A DNA stretch of 64,000 nt. Origin: an uncultured delta proteobacterium. Lineage in GTDB: Bacteria > Desulfobacterota > Syntrophorhabdia > Syntrophorhabdales > WCHB1-27. The stretch lies in contig CAWEPK010000003.1 of the NCBI GenBank assembly GCA_963810935.1, positions 111,622 to 175,621 of the forward strand, read 5' to 3'. The translations under genes were made by a program, and so were the position numbers. The notes below the pieces were generated by a model. That model saw nothing but the letters and a program-made list of their open reading frames with translations, had not been told where the DNA came from and did not search any database. Of this stretch, positions 1 to 8,859 are shown in pieces; the first letter of the stretch is position 1; every line of letters begins with the position of its first letter.

Positions 1-2
1 AC

Positions 3-131
3 GTGCAGGTGCCGACCGGGCGGCCGGACGGCCCGCCCGCCGGCCCTCTCAAGACGAACATCCTTCCCAAGACCATATTCAAAGACGACGACATGCTCGA
101 ATTGCTGCCGGGCAGCGGAGGACAAAAATGA
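3..131 (+). CDS. 3' end of an upstream gene (partial, product unknown)
   Basis: Open frame from the window edge (VQVPTGRPDG...LELLPGSGGQK*) whose TGA overlaps the rpe ATG (ATGA coupling). Confidence 0.6.
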   Translation: MQVPTGRPDGPPAGPLKTNILPKTIFKDDDMLELLPGSGGQK

Positions 132-790
132 AAGTGTCTATAGCGCCTTCCATCCTCTCGGCCGATTTTGCAAGGTTAGGAGAGGAGATCAAGGCCGTGG
201 AGGCAGCCGGCGCGGATGTAGTGCACATCGACGTGATGGACGGCCATTTCGTGCCGAACATTACGATAGGACCGGCGGTTGTCGGGGCGGCAAGGAGAGT
301 CACCAGGTTAGCCCTCGACGTCCACCTCATGATCGAGCACCCTGAATCGTTCGTGGACGCCTTCGCGGACGCGGGGGCCGACATCATTACGGTGCACGTC
401 GAGACGGGTTACCACCACCAGAGGACGCTCAGCCTGATACGCTCCCTCGGCAAGAAGGCGGGCCTTGCGCTCAACCCCGGCACCCCCCTTAGCGCAGTCA
501 CGGAGCTTCTGCCCGATATCGACCTCCTGCTCGTGATGTCGGTCAATCCCGGTTTCGGCGGCCAGGCGTATATCCCGTCGTCGACGAAGAAGATAGCGGC
601 GGCCAGGCGCATGCTCAATGCCGCGAAATCGAAAGCCGTCCTCGAGGTTGACGGCGGCATAAAGGTGGACAACGCGCAAGTAGCCGCAAAGGCGGGCGCA
701 ACCATGCTCGTCATGGGAAGCGGCCTCTTCGAGAGCAAAGACTACAAAACGAGGATGCAGGAGGTGCGCAAGGTGCTTAAATGGAAATAG
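128..790 (+). CDS. rpe: Ribulose-phosphate 3-epimerase
   Basis: APSILSADF, HIDVMDGHFVPN, DVHLMI, MSVNPGFGGQ, EVDGG motifs. Confidence 0.97.
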   Translation: MKVSIAPSILSADFARLGEEIKAVEAAGADVVHIDVMDGHFVPNITIGPAVVGAARRVTRLALDVHLMIEHPESFVDAFADAGADIITVHVETGYHHQRTLSLIRSLGKKAGLALNPGTPLSAVTELLPDIDLLLVMSVNPGFGGQAYIPSSTKKIAAARRMLNAAKSKAVLEVDGGIKVDNAQVAAKAGATMLVMGSGLFESKDYKTRMQEVRKVLKWK

Positions 791-1422
791 CGCGGCAGAA
801 GGCGTACCGCAAGACCTTCGACCTTGCATGCGCCACCCTCGCCGGGCTGCCCGTAGAAGAGCAGACGGCGAAGGCCGGCCTTTCCCTTTCCAAACAAGGC
901 GACGCCTATGTCATATCCGTACCCTCTTTCGACGAGACCATAGAGCTTGCAGTGCCCGGTTTCTCGTTCACAAGCACGAAGGGCTCGAACATCACCCTAA
1001 CGGCGAAGATCATTATCCTGCATTACCTGATCAACGCGTCGGGCATGCCCTTAGGGGCAGGGCTCGTGCCGTATGAAGACGTCCGCGGCTGCCGCTCCTA
1101 CCTGCCCGTCTTTGAGCGCAGGGTGGTCAAGCCGCTGCTTAACGCCTTCGGCTTCGCCAGAGACGCGTTCAATGATGCGGGCAGCGCGCTAGGCGGCAAG
1201 CAGGAAGAATACGGCAACGCCTCTTTCACGCTATCAGCCTTCCCAAGGCTCCCGATCACCTTCATCCTATGGGAAGGCGACCAGGACTTCCCACCCGCCA
1301 TAAAAGTACTTTTCGACAAATCGATCGACACCTACGTGCCCCTGGAAGACATAGTAGTGGTCTCGAAAATGGCGGCGACGAGATTGTTGAAGAGTGCGCG
1401 CAAGGTGCTTGAGGCGGAGTAA
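781..1422 (+). CDS. DUF3786 family protein
   Basis: IIILHYL, LVPYEDV, FPRLPITFILWEGDQDFPPAIKVLFD pattern; overlaps the rpe stop. Confidence 0.85.
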   Translation: MEIARQKAYRKTFDLACATLAGLPVEEQTAKAGLSLSKQGDAYVISVPSFDETIELAVPGFSFTSTKGSNITLTAKIIILHYLINASGMPLGAGLVPYEDVRGCRSYLPVFERRVVKPLLNAFGFARDAFNDAGSALGGKQEEYGNASFTLSAFPRLPITFILWEGDQDFPPAIKVLFDKSIDTYVPLEDIVVVSKMAATRLLKSARKVLEAE

Positions 1423-1715
1423 AGTGTAAAAGCGTGCGTGGTGGGTGGCTGGACTGGCCGCATGAAGGATACGTCCCTATGCGGCGCCCTGCTCGCCTTG
1501 CGCCCTCTGACTTACCACCCCCATGCACCGTGGTTCCTTTCAGCACTCCGGGAACGTAGGGGCACCCGGCAAACCTACTTTTAACTGATAGGCCCGGTCA
1601 GCAAGGCTCCCATTGCATCCGCATATGAAGCATCCTCCATGCGGCTCCTCCGGCCACGGCCGCCGCAACCGAATAAAGCGCATTTATAAGGCGGCGGCAA
1701 GAGCGGGCTGTACGA
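1423..1715 (+). repeat. Modular intergenic repeat, copy 1 (module order A-B-C-D)
   Basis: Shares ggctggact, atgcggcgccctgctc, accacccccatgca, ggcacccggcaaacctactt.taactgata and gcggcggcaagagcggg with copies near 2740, 5811, 54355 and 61991. Confidence 0.85.
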
Positions 1716-1957
1716 CATCCATGTTAGATTAGGCACTGCTAACACAAGTCAATTCAATCCGCTGTCCTGAATGATAGCAGATTGCCGATCGAAACAAAGA
1801 GCCGTTTTCCGTGCTTTTTTGTTGTTATTTCTCTTTGATGGGTCTATAGTGACAAAAAGGCCTAAAACCAGTGAACAATAAAAGAAAAAGATAAATGGGG
1901 CCCAGTGTCATCGTCGCAGTTCTTCTTGGTGGTGAAGCCTTCTCGCCATAGTCGCAA

Positions 1958-2590
1958 ATGGAGGGAGGAATGGAAAAGTTCTTACAGCAAATTCTGGGAA
2001 AGCTGCTCAGACTTGAGGACGGCGAGAAGAGAAAGAGACTTGCCGCGCTTTACGCCAATGGTAAGACGTTAGATGTTGGCATGACTCAAAGTCCGAATGA
2101 ACGTTTAACGGGGGATCATGTGGTCGGTTTGGACGTGGTGGTTCCAGCGCACCTCCCCAAAAACTATTCCAGGTTCATACAAGGGGATTGCACACACCTC
2201 AACGCGGTGCTCCAAGGCGAAACGTTTGATACAATAATAGCATTGGAAGTGATTGAACATTTGCCCGATTGGGTCGAGTTTTTTAGGCAAGCGCATGAAT
2301 GTCTTAACCTAAATGGGAAATTCATCGTTTCCACTCCCAGCCCCGTCTTATGGCGAACGGTCTTGGCGAATGGCCTTTTTCCAAAAGGAATATCCTTTAG
2401 CGGAAGGGGGGTTGACGGTAAAATAGCGTGCAAACCGTGGTATGGGCACGTAATATTGCATCAACCGCGTATCTTGAACGCCGTAGCCCAAGAACTGGGA
2501 TTCAAACTTCTGGAAGTACGAAATTCCTCCGAATCCTGCTCGCTTCCGTTCCTTCAAAAGAACCTGTTGTTTGCGTACGTAAAGCATTAA
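1958..2590 (+). CDS. Class I SAM-dependent methyltransferase (AT-richer, probably acquired)
   Basis: TLDVG motif I, GLDV, FDTIIALEVIEHL, LNGKFIVSTP; alternative start 1970. Confidence 0.85.
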   Translation: MEGGMEKFLQQILGKLLRLEDGEKRKRLAALYANGKTLDVGMTQSPNERLTGDHVVGLDVVVPAHLPKNYSRFIQGDCTHLNAVLQGETFDTIIALEVIEHLPDWVEFFRQAHECLNLNGKFIVSTPSPVLWRTVLANGLFPKGISFSGRGVDGKIACKPWYGHVILHQPRILNAVAQELGFKLLEVRNSSESCSLPFLQKNLLFAYVKH

Positions 2591-2739
2591 CCTTTGTTCT
2601 TGTTGAATACGGCTCCAAATCTTCTAATTTTATGTGAAAGGCTATTTCATTTGTTTCAGGAAGGACTTCTTACATGACCCGACATTGTCCAATAGACTGA
2701 ATATCTGCTCTTACGCTTTTAACGCATCACTATGGATAC

Positions 2740-3075
2740 GGTATCCCCTGCTCTTACCGCCGCCAAAGGGATGCGCAACGTAGCTGCTCCGTTAGCGGCG
2801 GTCGCGGCCGGAGGAGCGCCTCAAGGGGTTGCGATATGTGGATGCCATGTGAAGTGCGTCGGCCGGAGGCATACGCATGTACGTCGTAGGGCACGCGCTG
2901 AGCAGGGCGCCGCATCCTTCATATCAGTCGAAAGTAGGTTTGCCGGGTGCCCGCACGGTCGAAAGCGTGTTGAAAAGGTACCACCGTGCATGCGGGTGGT
3001 CCGCAGTAGGCGCGAGTCCAGCCGCCCGCGTTACTCCGCAGTTGCTTTTCGCCTTTTCCGCCGTTTGTCGCTGTC
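2740..3075 (-). repeat. Modular intergenic repeat, copy 2 (module order A-C-B-D)
   Basis: Reverse complement closely matches 54355-54690, but module B (2881-2915) follows module C (2921-3000). Confidence 0.9.
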
Positions 3076-3107
3076 CGCCGTGGGTGTCGCCTGCCCGCCC
3101 GCCCGGC

Positions 3108-3659
3108 TCAGACCGCTGTCACCTCTACCGTGCTCGCTTGCGGGCCTTTCTCCCCCTCTTCTTCTGCAAAGCGGACCTCCGAGCCTGGTTTCAGCTTTTC
3201 GAACCCGCCCCCGAGGACGCTGTTCCTGTGAAAATAGACTTCCCTGCCTTCTCTCGTTACGATGAAGCCGTAGCCCTCCCTTTGGGAGAGGGTGTTCACC
3301 ACGCCGCGCTCCGGCCGCAGATCGCGCTTGACGATCCCCTGGACCTCACGCGAGTATTCGACGAGCCTCCGTTCCATGGCGTCGAAGGCGTCCTCTATAG
3401 CGGCATAGACGTCCTCATGGGCGTGGTCGAGGAGCGGGTCCCGGTTTACGACCAACTCGGCACCTGGCACCGTAATATCGACCTGTGCCTGGAATATCTT
3501 GCCCTTTCTCTGGCGGCGCTGCGGCACGTCGATCACGACGCGGCCGCCTATGATCTCCGGGTGGAGGCGGTCGAGCTTATCTGCGCGCTCCTTGATCTTC
3601 GACTCGACTGAATCGGAATGGTCCGTGTGACGGAACGTTATCTGGAGTGGAACCTTCAT
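3108..3659 (-). CDS. HPF/RaiA ribosome-associated protein fused to a C-terminal cold-shock domain
   Basis: QITFRH...HEDVYAAIEDAFDAMERRL (HPF) followed by GYGFI...EVYFH...GEKGPQAS (CSD RNP motifs). Confidence 0.9.
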   Translation of the reverse strand: MKVPLQITFRHTDHSDSVESKIKERADKLDRLHPEIIGGRVVIDVPQRRQRKGKIFQAQVDITVPGAELVVNRDPLLDHAHEDVYAAIEDAFDAMERRLVEYSREVQGIVKRDLRPERGVVNTLSQREGYGFIVTREGREVYFHRNSVLGGGFEKLKPGSEVRFAEEEGEKGPQASTVEVTAV

Positions 3660-3791
3660 CCTTGTTTACCACCTTTAAGAGATTTTAACTTGTAAGGAAT
3701 ATAATTCGGGGCAGACCGGGCGTCAACGAGGACTTTCGGACGGGTGATTCTGCCGCGCTGTATCTTTAAATACTGCGCTGGAAATGTTAGG

Positions 3792-5777
3792 ATGATGCCC
3801 ATGCCCTTACAACAGGAAGACGAAAGTCTGATACAGCGGGCGCGCCATGTAGTGATCGGCAAGCCCCGCGACATCAGAGATAGCTCCCTTTTCCACAAGC
3901 TGAGCCTCATCCCGCTGCTCGCGTGGATAGGCCTAGGCGCAGACGGCCTTTCTTCATCGTCTTACGGCCCGGAAGAGGCCTTCCGCACGCTCGGGTCTCA
4001 CATCTACCTCGCGGTCTTCCTGGCGCTCGCCACTGCGGTTACCGTCTTCATCATCTCATATGCCTACTCGCGCATCATAGAGCATTTCCCCCACGGCGGC
4101 GGTGGATATATAGTTGCGACCCATACGATCGGCGAGAGGGCGGGCGTCATTTCCGGCTGCGCCCTTCTGGTAGACTACATGCTGACCATCACCGTCTCCC
4201 TCGTCTCCTGCGCGGACGCCTTTTTCAGCTTTCTCCCGATGAGCCTGCATCATTACAAGATAGGCTTCGTCATCTTTCTCATCATCCTTCTCGTCGTGCT
4301 CAACGCGAGGGGCGTCAAGGAGTCGGTCCTTTTCCTCGCCCCCATATTCATGGTTTTCGTGCTCACCCACATCGTGCTGCTCGGTTACGGTATCCTTAGT
4401 CATACGGCGGACATCAAGCCTATTATGGGAGGGATGAGGGGGAGCCTGCACCATGACCTTGGCGCTGTCGGCCTGCTCGGCATCCTCGCTATTGTTTTGA
4501 GGGCCTATTCGATGGGCGCAGGAACGTACACGGGTATCGAAGCCGTCTCGAACGGCCTGCAGATCATGCGGGAGCCCAGGGTGCACACGGGCAAGCGCAC
4601 TATGGCCTACATGGCCTCATCCCTTGCTATAACGGCAGGAGGTCTCTTTGTTTGTTATCTCCTGTGGGGAGTCAAGCCGGAAGAAGGCAGGACGCTCAAC
4701 GCCATCCTCGCCGGCGCCATGTTCGGCAAGTGGCCCCTCGGTAATTTCCTTGCCCTTATCACCATCCTTTCGGAAGGCGCACTGCTCCTCGTAGCAGCGC
4801 AAACGGGTTTTATAGACGGCCCGAGGGTTATGGCGAATATGGCCATCGACTCCTGGCTGCCGAGACGCTTTTCGTCGCTCTCCGAACGATTCACCATGCA
4901 AAACGGGGTCATGCTCATGGGCATAGCGGCCCTGCTTCTCCTTATTTACACGCACGGCTCCATCTCGGCTCTGGTCGTCATGTATTCCATCAACGTGTTC
5001 CTCACATTCTCCCTCTCGGAATTCGGCATGTCCCGCTTCTTTATCCGCAACAGGCGGAGGGAGAAAAAGTGGAAGCAGCACCTTCCCGTCCATATGACGG
5101 GCTTCACGCTCTGCGTTACCATTCTCGGCGTCACCGTTTATGAGAAGTTCAGTGAGGGCGGCTGGGTGACGCTGCTTATCACGACCGCAGTCATCGGGGT
5201 GTGCTACCTGGTCCGCTACCATTACACGAAGGTGCGAAAGAGCATCAGGCAGCTCGACGAGATACTCATGGGGATACCGGCCAACGAGGAGCCGAACATG
5301 GCGCCCCTCGACCCCGGTGCGCCGACGGCCGTCCTGCTCGCCCCTTCCTTCAACAGCTTCGGCCTCCATACCCTGCTGTCGGTAGTCCGCTGCTTCCCGC
5401 ACCTCTACAAGAACTTCATTTTCGTGGGGGTTGCCGAAATCGATTCCGGCTCCTTCAAGGGAGCGGCCGAAGTGGAGGCCCTGAACGAAGCGACGAAGGA
5501 GTCCCTTGAGAAATACGTGAAGGTAACGCGGCGGCACGGCTTCCCGGCGGATTACAGGACGGAGACCTCGACGGACGTTCCGGGGACCGTCGTGGAGCTG
5601 TGCAGGTCAATTGTGCAGGATTATCCCCGTTCCACTGTTTTCACGGGCCAGCTCATGTTCCACAAAGAGACCTGGATCGACAAGGTGCTCCACAACCAGA
5701 CAGCGTTTGCGATCCAGCGGCGCCTTCAGTGGGAAGGCATACCAACGGTGATTATGCCGATCAAGGTTAAGATTTAG
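3792..5777 (+). CDS. APC-family permease (YdaO/KimA-like amino acid or K+ transporter)
   Basis: GADGLSSSSYGPEE, GGGGY, ALLVDYMLTITVS, YTGIEAVSNG; many TM helices and a soluble C-terminal domain; start 3792, 3795 or 3801. Confidence 0.88.
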   Translation: MMPMPLQQEDESLIQRARHVVIGKPRDIRDSSLFHKLSLIPLLAWIGLGADGLSSSSYGPEEAFRTLGSHIYLAVFLALATAVTVFIISYAYSRIIEHFPHGGGGYIVATHTIGERAGVISGCALLVDYMLTITVSLVSCADAFFSFLPMSLHHYKIGFVIFLIILLVVLNARGVKESVLFLAPIFMVFVLTHIVLLGYGILSHTADIKPIMGGMRGSLHHDLGAVGLLGILAIVLRAYSMGAGTYTGIEAVSNGLQIMREPRVHTGKRTMAYMASSLAITAGGLFVCYLLWGVKPEEGRTLNAILAGAMFGKWPLGNFLALITILSEGALLLVAAQTGFIDGPRVMANMAIDSWLPRRFSSLSERFTMQNGVMLMGIAALLLLIYTHGSISALVVMYSINVFLTFSLSEFGMSRFFIRNRRREKKWKQHLPVHMTGFTLCVTILGVTVYEKFSEGGWVTLLITTAVIGVCYLVRYHYTKVRKSIRQLDEILMGIPANEEPNMAPLDPGAPTAVLLAPSFNSFGLHTLLSVVRCFPHLYKNFIFVGVAEIDSGSFKGAAEVEALNEATKESLEKYVKVTRRHGFPADYRTETSTDVPGTVVELCRSIVQDYPRSTVFTGQLMFHKETWIDKVLHNQTAFAIQRRLQWEGIPTVIMPIKVKI

Positions 5778-5810
5778 CGCGCTGCGCTCAAGTCTTGCGG
5801 TCCTCGCGAT

Positions 5811-5975
5811 AATAAAGGCAAAGCGCATGTGTTGTACGGCCGGACTCGCGCCTGTGCTTCAGGACTTTTGTACCGTGGGGCATCCTGCAAACCTACTTTC
5901 AACTGACAAGCACGGTCAGCAAGGTTCCCGTTTCATCGATAATAGCGGGACACCTGCGGCAAGAACGGGCGGTAC
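5811..5975 (+). repeat. Modular intergenic repeat, copy 3 (internally deleted)
   Basis: ggactcgcgcctg (A), caaacctactttcaactga..cggtcagcaagg.tccc (C, copy-1 type) and gcggcaagaacgggcggtacg (end of D). Confidence 0.75.
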
Positions 5976-5984
5976 GTCTACAGT

Positions 5985-6028
5985 TTGACTGTTGCGACAA
6001 TTGGCGCTATAATATAGTCAAATGTCGC
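5985..6028 (+). promoter_or_regulatory. sigma70 promoter with overlapping inverted-repeat operator of the Xre-RES module
   Basis: TTGACT(5985)-N17-TATAAT(6008); gcgacaattg (5994) and caaatgtcgc (6019) form a 9/10 inverted repeat. Confidence 0.7.
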
Positions 6029-6059
6029 CCACACCTTCAAGGAGACCATTATAGCCCAG

Positions 6060-6470
6060 ATGAATGTCGAAAACATTCTCGGTCTGAAAGTCAAGATCGA
6101 GAACCCTCTCGATTTAATCCACCTCGGGGCCAGGGGAGTATCAAAAAAACAGATCGGCAGGCTCTCCGAGGCGATGTGCCTGTCCATGGCAACCATCGCG
6201 AATTTGCTGGTAGTAAGCCTCAGAACGATACAACGGCAACCCAAAGGGAAAGTTTTCGATAAGAATGTGTCCGAACGCGCTATTAAGCTGGCTCAGCTTA
6301 CGGCCCACGGCGTCAGCGTTTTTGGAGCCAGGGAAGAATTCTGCGTCTGGCTTCAGACGCCGGTCGTTGCCCTCGGAAACAAAACTCCCATGAGCATACT
6401 CGACTCCACAATGGGCGTCGAGCTCGTCGACGATATCATCGGCAGGATAGAACACGGCGTCTTCTCGTGA
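6060..6470 (+). CDS. Type II antitoxin, Xre/MbcA/ParS family
   Basis: HTH (VSLRTIQR) plus C-terminal VFG...WLQTPVVALGNKTPMSILDS...GRIEHGVFS. Confidence 0.92.
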   Translation: MNVENILGLKVKIENPLDLIHLGARGVSKKQIGRLSEAMCLSMATIANLLVVSLRTIQRQPKGKVFDKNVSERAIKLAQLTAHGVSVFGAREEFCVWLQTPVVALGNKTPMSILDSTMGVELVDDIIGRIEHGVFS

Positions 6471-6925
6471 TCGTCTATCGAATCAGCTCACGCTTACACG
6501 CTCGAGACCTCTCCGGGGCGGGCGCCGGGCTTCACGGCGGCCGATGGAACCCTAAAGGGGTCAATGTAATATACGCGGCAGAGAGCAGGGCCCTCGCCGC
6601 CCTTGAGCTATATGCAAACCGTGCAAGGGCGACGGCGCTCTCAAACCTCAACCTTGTGTCTCGCGTTGTCCCCGATGGCGTCCCCGTAAAGAAGCTTCTC
6701 CCTGCCGACCTTCCTGCGGGGTGGAATGTCTATCCAGCGCCCGATGTCCTTGCCGACATAGGCGGGAGGTGGGCGATGTCGATGGAGACGCTCCTGTTGT
6801 GTGTTCCGTCAGCGCTCATGGAAAAAGAGTTCAACTACATCATCAACCCCGCCCATGCCGACATGACGAAGTTAACGATTGGAGACATCGAAGAGTACAG
6901 CTTCGACCAACGGCTCCTCGAATAG
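6467..6925 (+). CDS. RES-domain toxin (NAD+-consuming ParT/MbcT-like)
   Basis: VYRI, GGRWN, YAAESRALAALE, VPSA, NYIINPAH; GTGA overlap with the antitoxin. Confidence 0.92.
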   Translation: MIVYRISSRLHARDLSGAGAGLHGGRWNPKGVNVIYAAESRALAALELYANRARATALSNLNLVSRVVPDGVPVKKLLPADLPAGWNVYPAPDVLADIGGRWAMSMETLLLCVPSALMEKEFNYIINPAHADMTKLTIGDIEEYSFDQRLLE

Positions 6926-6974
6926 GGCACGTGGCTGACTAACCTCTCCTGTGACAACAGGCCGCGATACGAGG

Positions 6975-7655
6975 TTAGTCCAGCCTGAACAGCTCGCCGT
7001 CTACCATGTTTAACCGCCGGTCGCCTGCTGCGCCTATCTCCGGGTCGTGGGTGACGAGGACTAGCGCCGAGCCGAGCTTCTTCCTTATTTCAAGGATATA
7101 ACCCAGCACCTCTCTCCCCGTCTTCCTGTCGAGGTTGCCTGTCGGCTCGTCTGCAAGTATCAGCTCCGGCCGGTTGATGAGGGCCCTGGCGATTGCCACC
7201 CTCTGCTGCTCGCCGCCCGAGAGCTCGCCGGGCTTGTGGCCCCTGCGATGGGAAAGCCCCATTATCTCCAAGAATTCCTCTGCGGCAGCCTGGGCGTCGG
7301 CGGGCTTGGTGCGCTTTATCCACAAGGGAACCATGATGTTCTCGATGACGGAGAAGTCCTGCAAAAGGTGGTAGAACTGGAAGACGAAGCCGACCTTTTC
7401 GTTCCTGAAGCGGCATTGCTCGTCGCCGGTGAACAGGCCGATGTCCTTTCCCCTGTAAGCGATCTCGCCTCCCGTCGGATGGTCGAGGGAGCCGACGAGG
7501 TGGAGGAAGGTGCTTTTCCCCGCGCCTGACGGACCCATGATCGTCACGAACTCGCCCTCCGCAACGTCGAAATCTATGCTGCGCAGTACGGTGACCTCGG
7601 CGCCGTCCTTATGGTAGCTCTTCTTCAGTCCCCTGGTCGCCAGCAGGCTACTCAT
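6975..7655 (-). CDS. lolD: Lipoprotein-releasing ABC transporter ATP-binding protein
   Basis: [43 protein letters not shown]; follows a lolC/E gene. Confidence 0.9.
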   Translation of the reverse strand: MSSLLATRGLKKSYHKDGAEVTVLRSIDFDVAEGEFVTIMGPSGAGKSTFLHLVGSLDHPTGGEIAYRGKDIGLFTGDEQCRFRNEKVGFVFQFYHLLQDFSVIENIMVPLWIKRTKPADAQAAAEEFLEIMGLSHRRGHKPGELSGGEQQRVAIARALINRPELILADEPTGNLDRKTGREVLGYILEIRKKLGSALVLVTHDPEIGAAGDRRLNMVDGELFRLD

Positions 7656-8844
7656 ATCGAAGGGTCTCCACGGGGTCTATAGTGGACGCCTTATAAGAAG
7701 GATAGAGCGTCGAGAGCAGGCACAGAAGTATGGTGACCGCCGCAATCAAAAAGACGTCCAGGTTGTCGATCTTCATGGGGAGCGTGCTGATGTAATAGAC
7801 GTCGCTCGGCAGCTTGATGATTTGGAAATGGGTCTGGATCTCGAGGAGCGTATAGCCCACGATCGTGCCGAGGAGCGCGCCGACTACGCCTATCGCCAGC
7901 CCTTCGGCGACAAAGACGCGCATGATGCTCCTGTTCGTCGCGCCCATCGCCTTGAGTATGGCGATGTCCTTCTTTTTCTCCATCACGGTCATGACGAGGG
8001 CGCTGATAATGTTGAAGCTCGCGACGAGGATTATGAGGGCGAGGATGATGAACATGACGAGCTTCTCCAGCCTGAGCGCGGAAAGGAGGTTCCTGTTCTG
8101 TTCCATCCACGTCCTTCCGTAGAAGCCGGGACCGAGCTTCCTGACGATGCGGTCGCGCACCTCGCCCGCCGCATAGACGTCCTTCACCTTCACCTCGATG
8201 CCGGTGACGCTCGCCCCTAACGCAGACTGCACTTCCGCAAGCGGCATGATCGCAACCAGACTGTCGATATCGAACATGCCCGTCTCGAAGGCCCCGCCCA
8301 TGCGGACGCGCAGGGTCTCCGTCGTTGCGCCTGCCGGGGAAAAGCCGCCGAAGGGGACGATGAGCGTGAACAGGTCGCCGGGCATGAGCCCAAGCTCCCT
8401 GGCAAGCTCTTTGCCGAGAAGGATCGTGTCTTTCCGGTTGAGGGCGTCGATGCTGCCCGTCTTCATCAGGCGGCCGAGATAAGCCGCGTCCTTGGGCTCG
8501 ATGCCCCTTACGAGCACCCCTGCCACGCGGCCCGGCCCCTGGGCCATGGCCTGGAACTCGATGAACGGGGCGGCGCTCGTAACGCCGTCTATGTGCTTCA
8601 GGCGCTCGACTACGGCCTGGGGGTCTCTCATCCCCCAGTCGGGGACGATGACGATATGGGGACGGATGCCTAACAGCCTGTCCCTGATCTCGTCCTGGAA
8701 ACCCGTCATGACGGCGATGACGAGGATGATGGCCATTACGCCTATGGCAATGCCCGCTACCGCGATCCAGGTAGTAAAGGAGATGAACTTGTCCTTCCTC
8801 TTAGACCGAAGGTAGCGCAGGGCTATGGACGTCTCGTAGCGCAT
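7648..8844 (-). CDS. lolE: Lipoprotein-releasing ABC transporter permease, LolC/E family
   Basis: [48 protein letters not shown]. Confidence 0.9.
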   Translation of the reverse strand: MRYETSIALRYLRSKRKDKFISFTTWIAVAGIAIGVMAIILVIAVMTGFQDEIRDRLLGIRPHIVIVPDWGMRDPQAVVERLKHIDGVTSAAPFIEFQAMAQGPGRVAGVLVRGIEPKDAAYLGRLMKTGSIDALNRKDTILLGKELARELGLMPGDLFTLIVPFGGFSPAGATTETLRVRMGGAFETGMFDIDSLVAIMPLAEVQSALGASVTGIEVKVKDVYAAGEVRDRIVRKLGPGFYGRTWMEQNRNLLSALRLEKLVMFIILALIILVASFNIISALVMTVMEKKKDIAILKAMGATNRSIMRVFVAEGLAIGVVGALLGTIVGYTLLEIQTHFQIIKLPSDVYYISTLPMKIDNLDVFLIAAVTILLCLLSTLYPSYKASTIDPVETLRYE

Positions 8845-8859
8845 GGTCTCCTTTTTGAG

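Noticed and set aside
1423..1715. Repeat family as integron attC sites, a CRISPR array or group II intron remnants
   Set aside because: No regular repeat-spacer period, no RYYYAAC/GTTRRRY box pairing, no intI, cas or RT gene in the window, and no recognisable intron domain V.
2732..3265. ORFs with shared peptides (PALTAAKGMR..., YQLKLGLPGTPTFQAC) at 2732, 54490-54740 and 62116-62346
   Set aside because: The similarity comes from the DNA repeat. Frames, starts and stops differ between copies and the module swap breaks them, so they are not treated as genes.
3660..3791. c-di-AMP (ydaO) riboswitch upstream of the KimA/YdaO-like permease
   Set aside because: The gap is short and shared with a divergent gene, and I could not see the riboswitch consensus.
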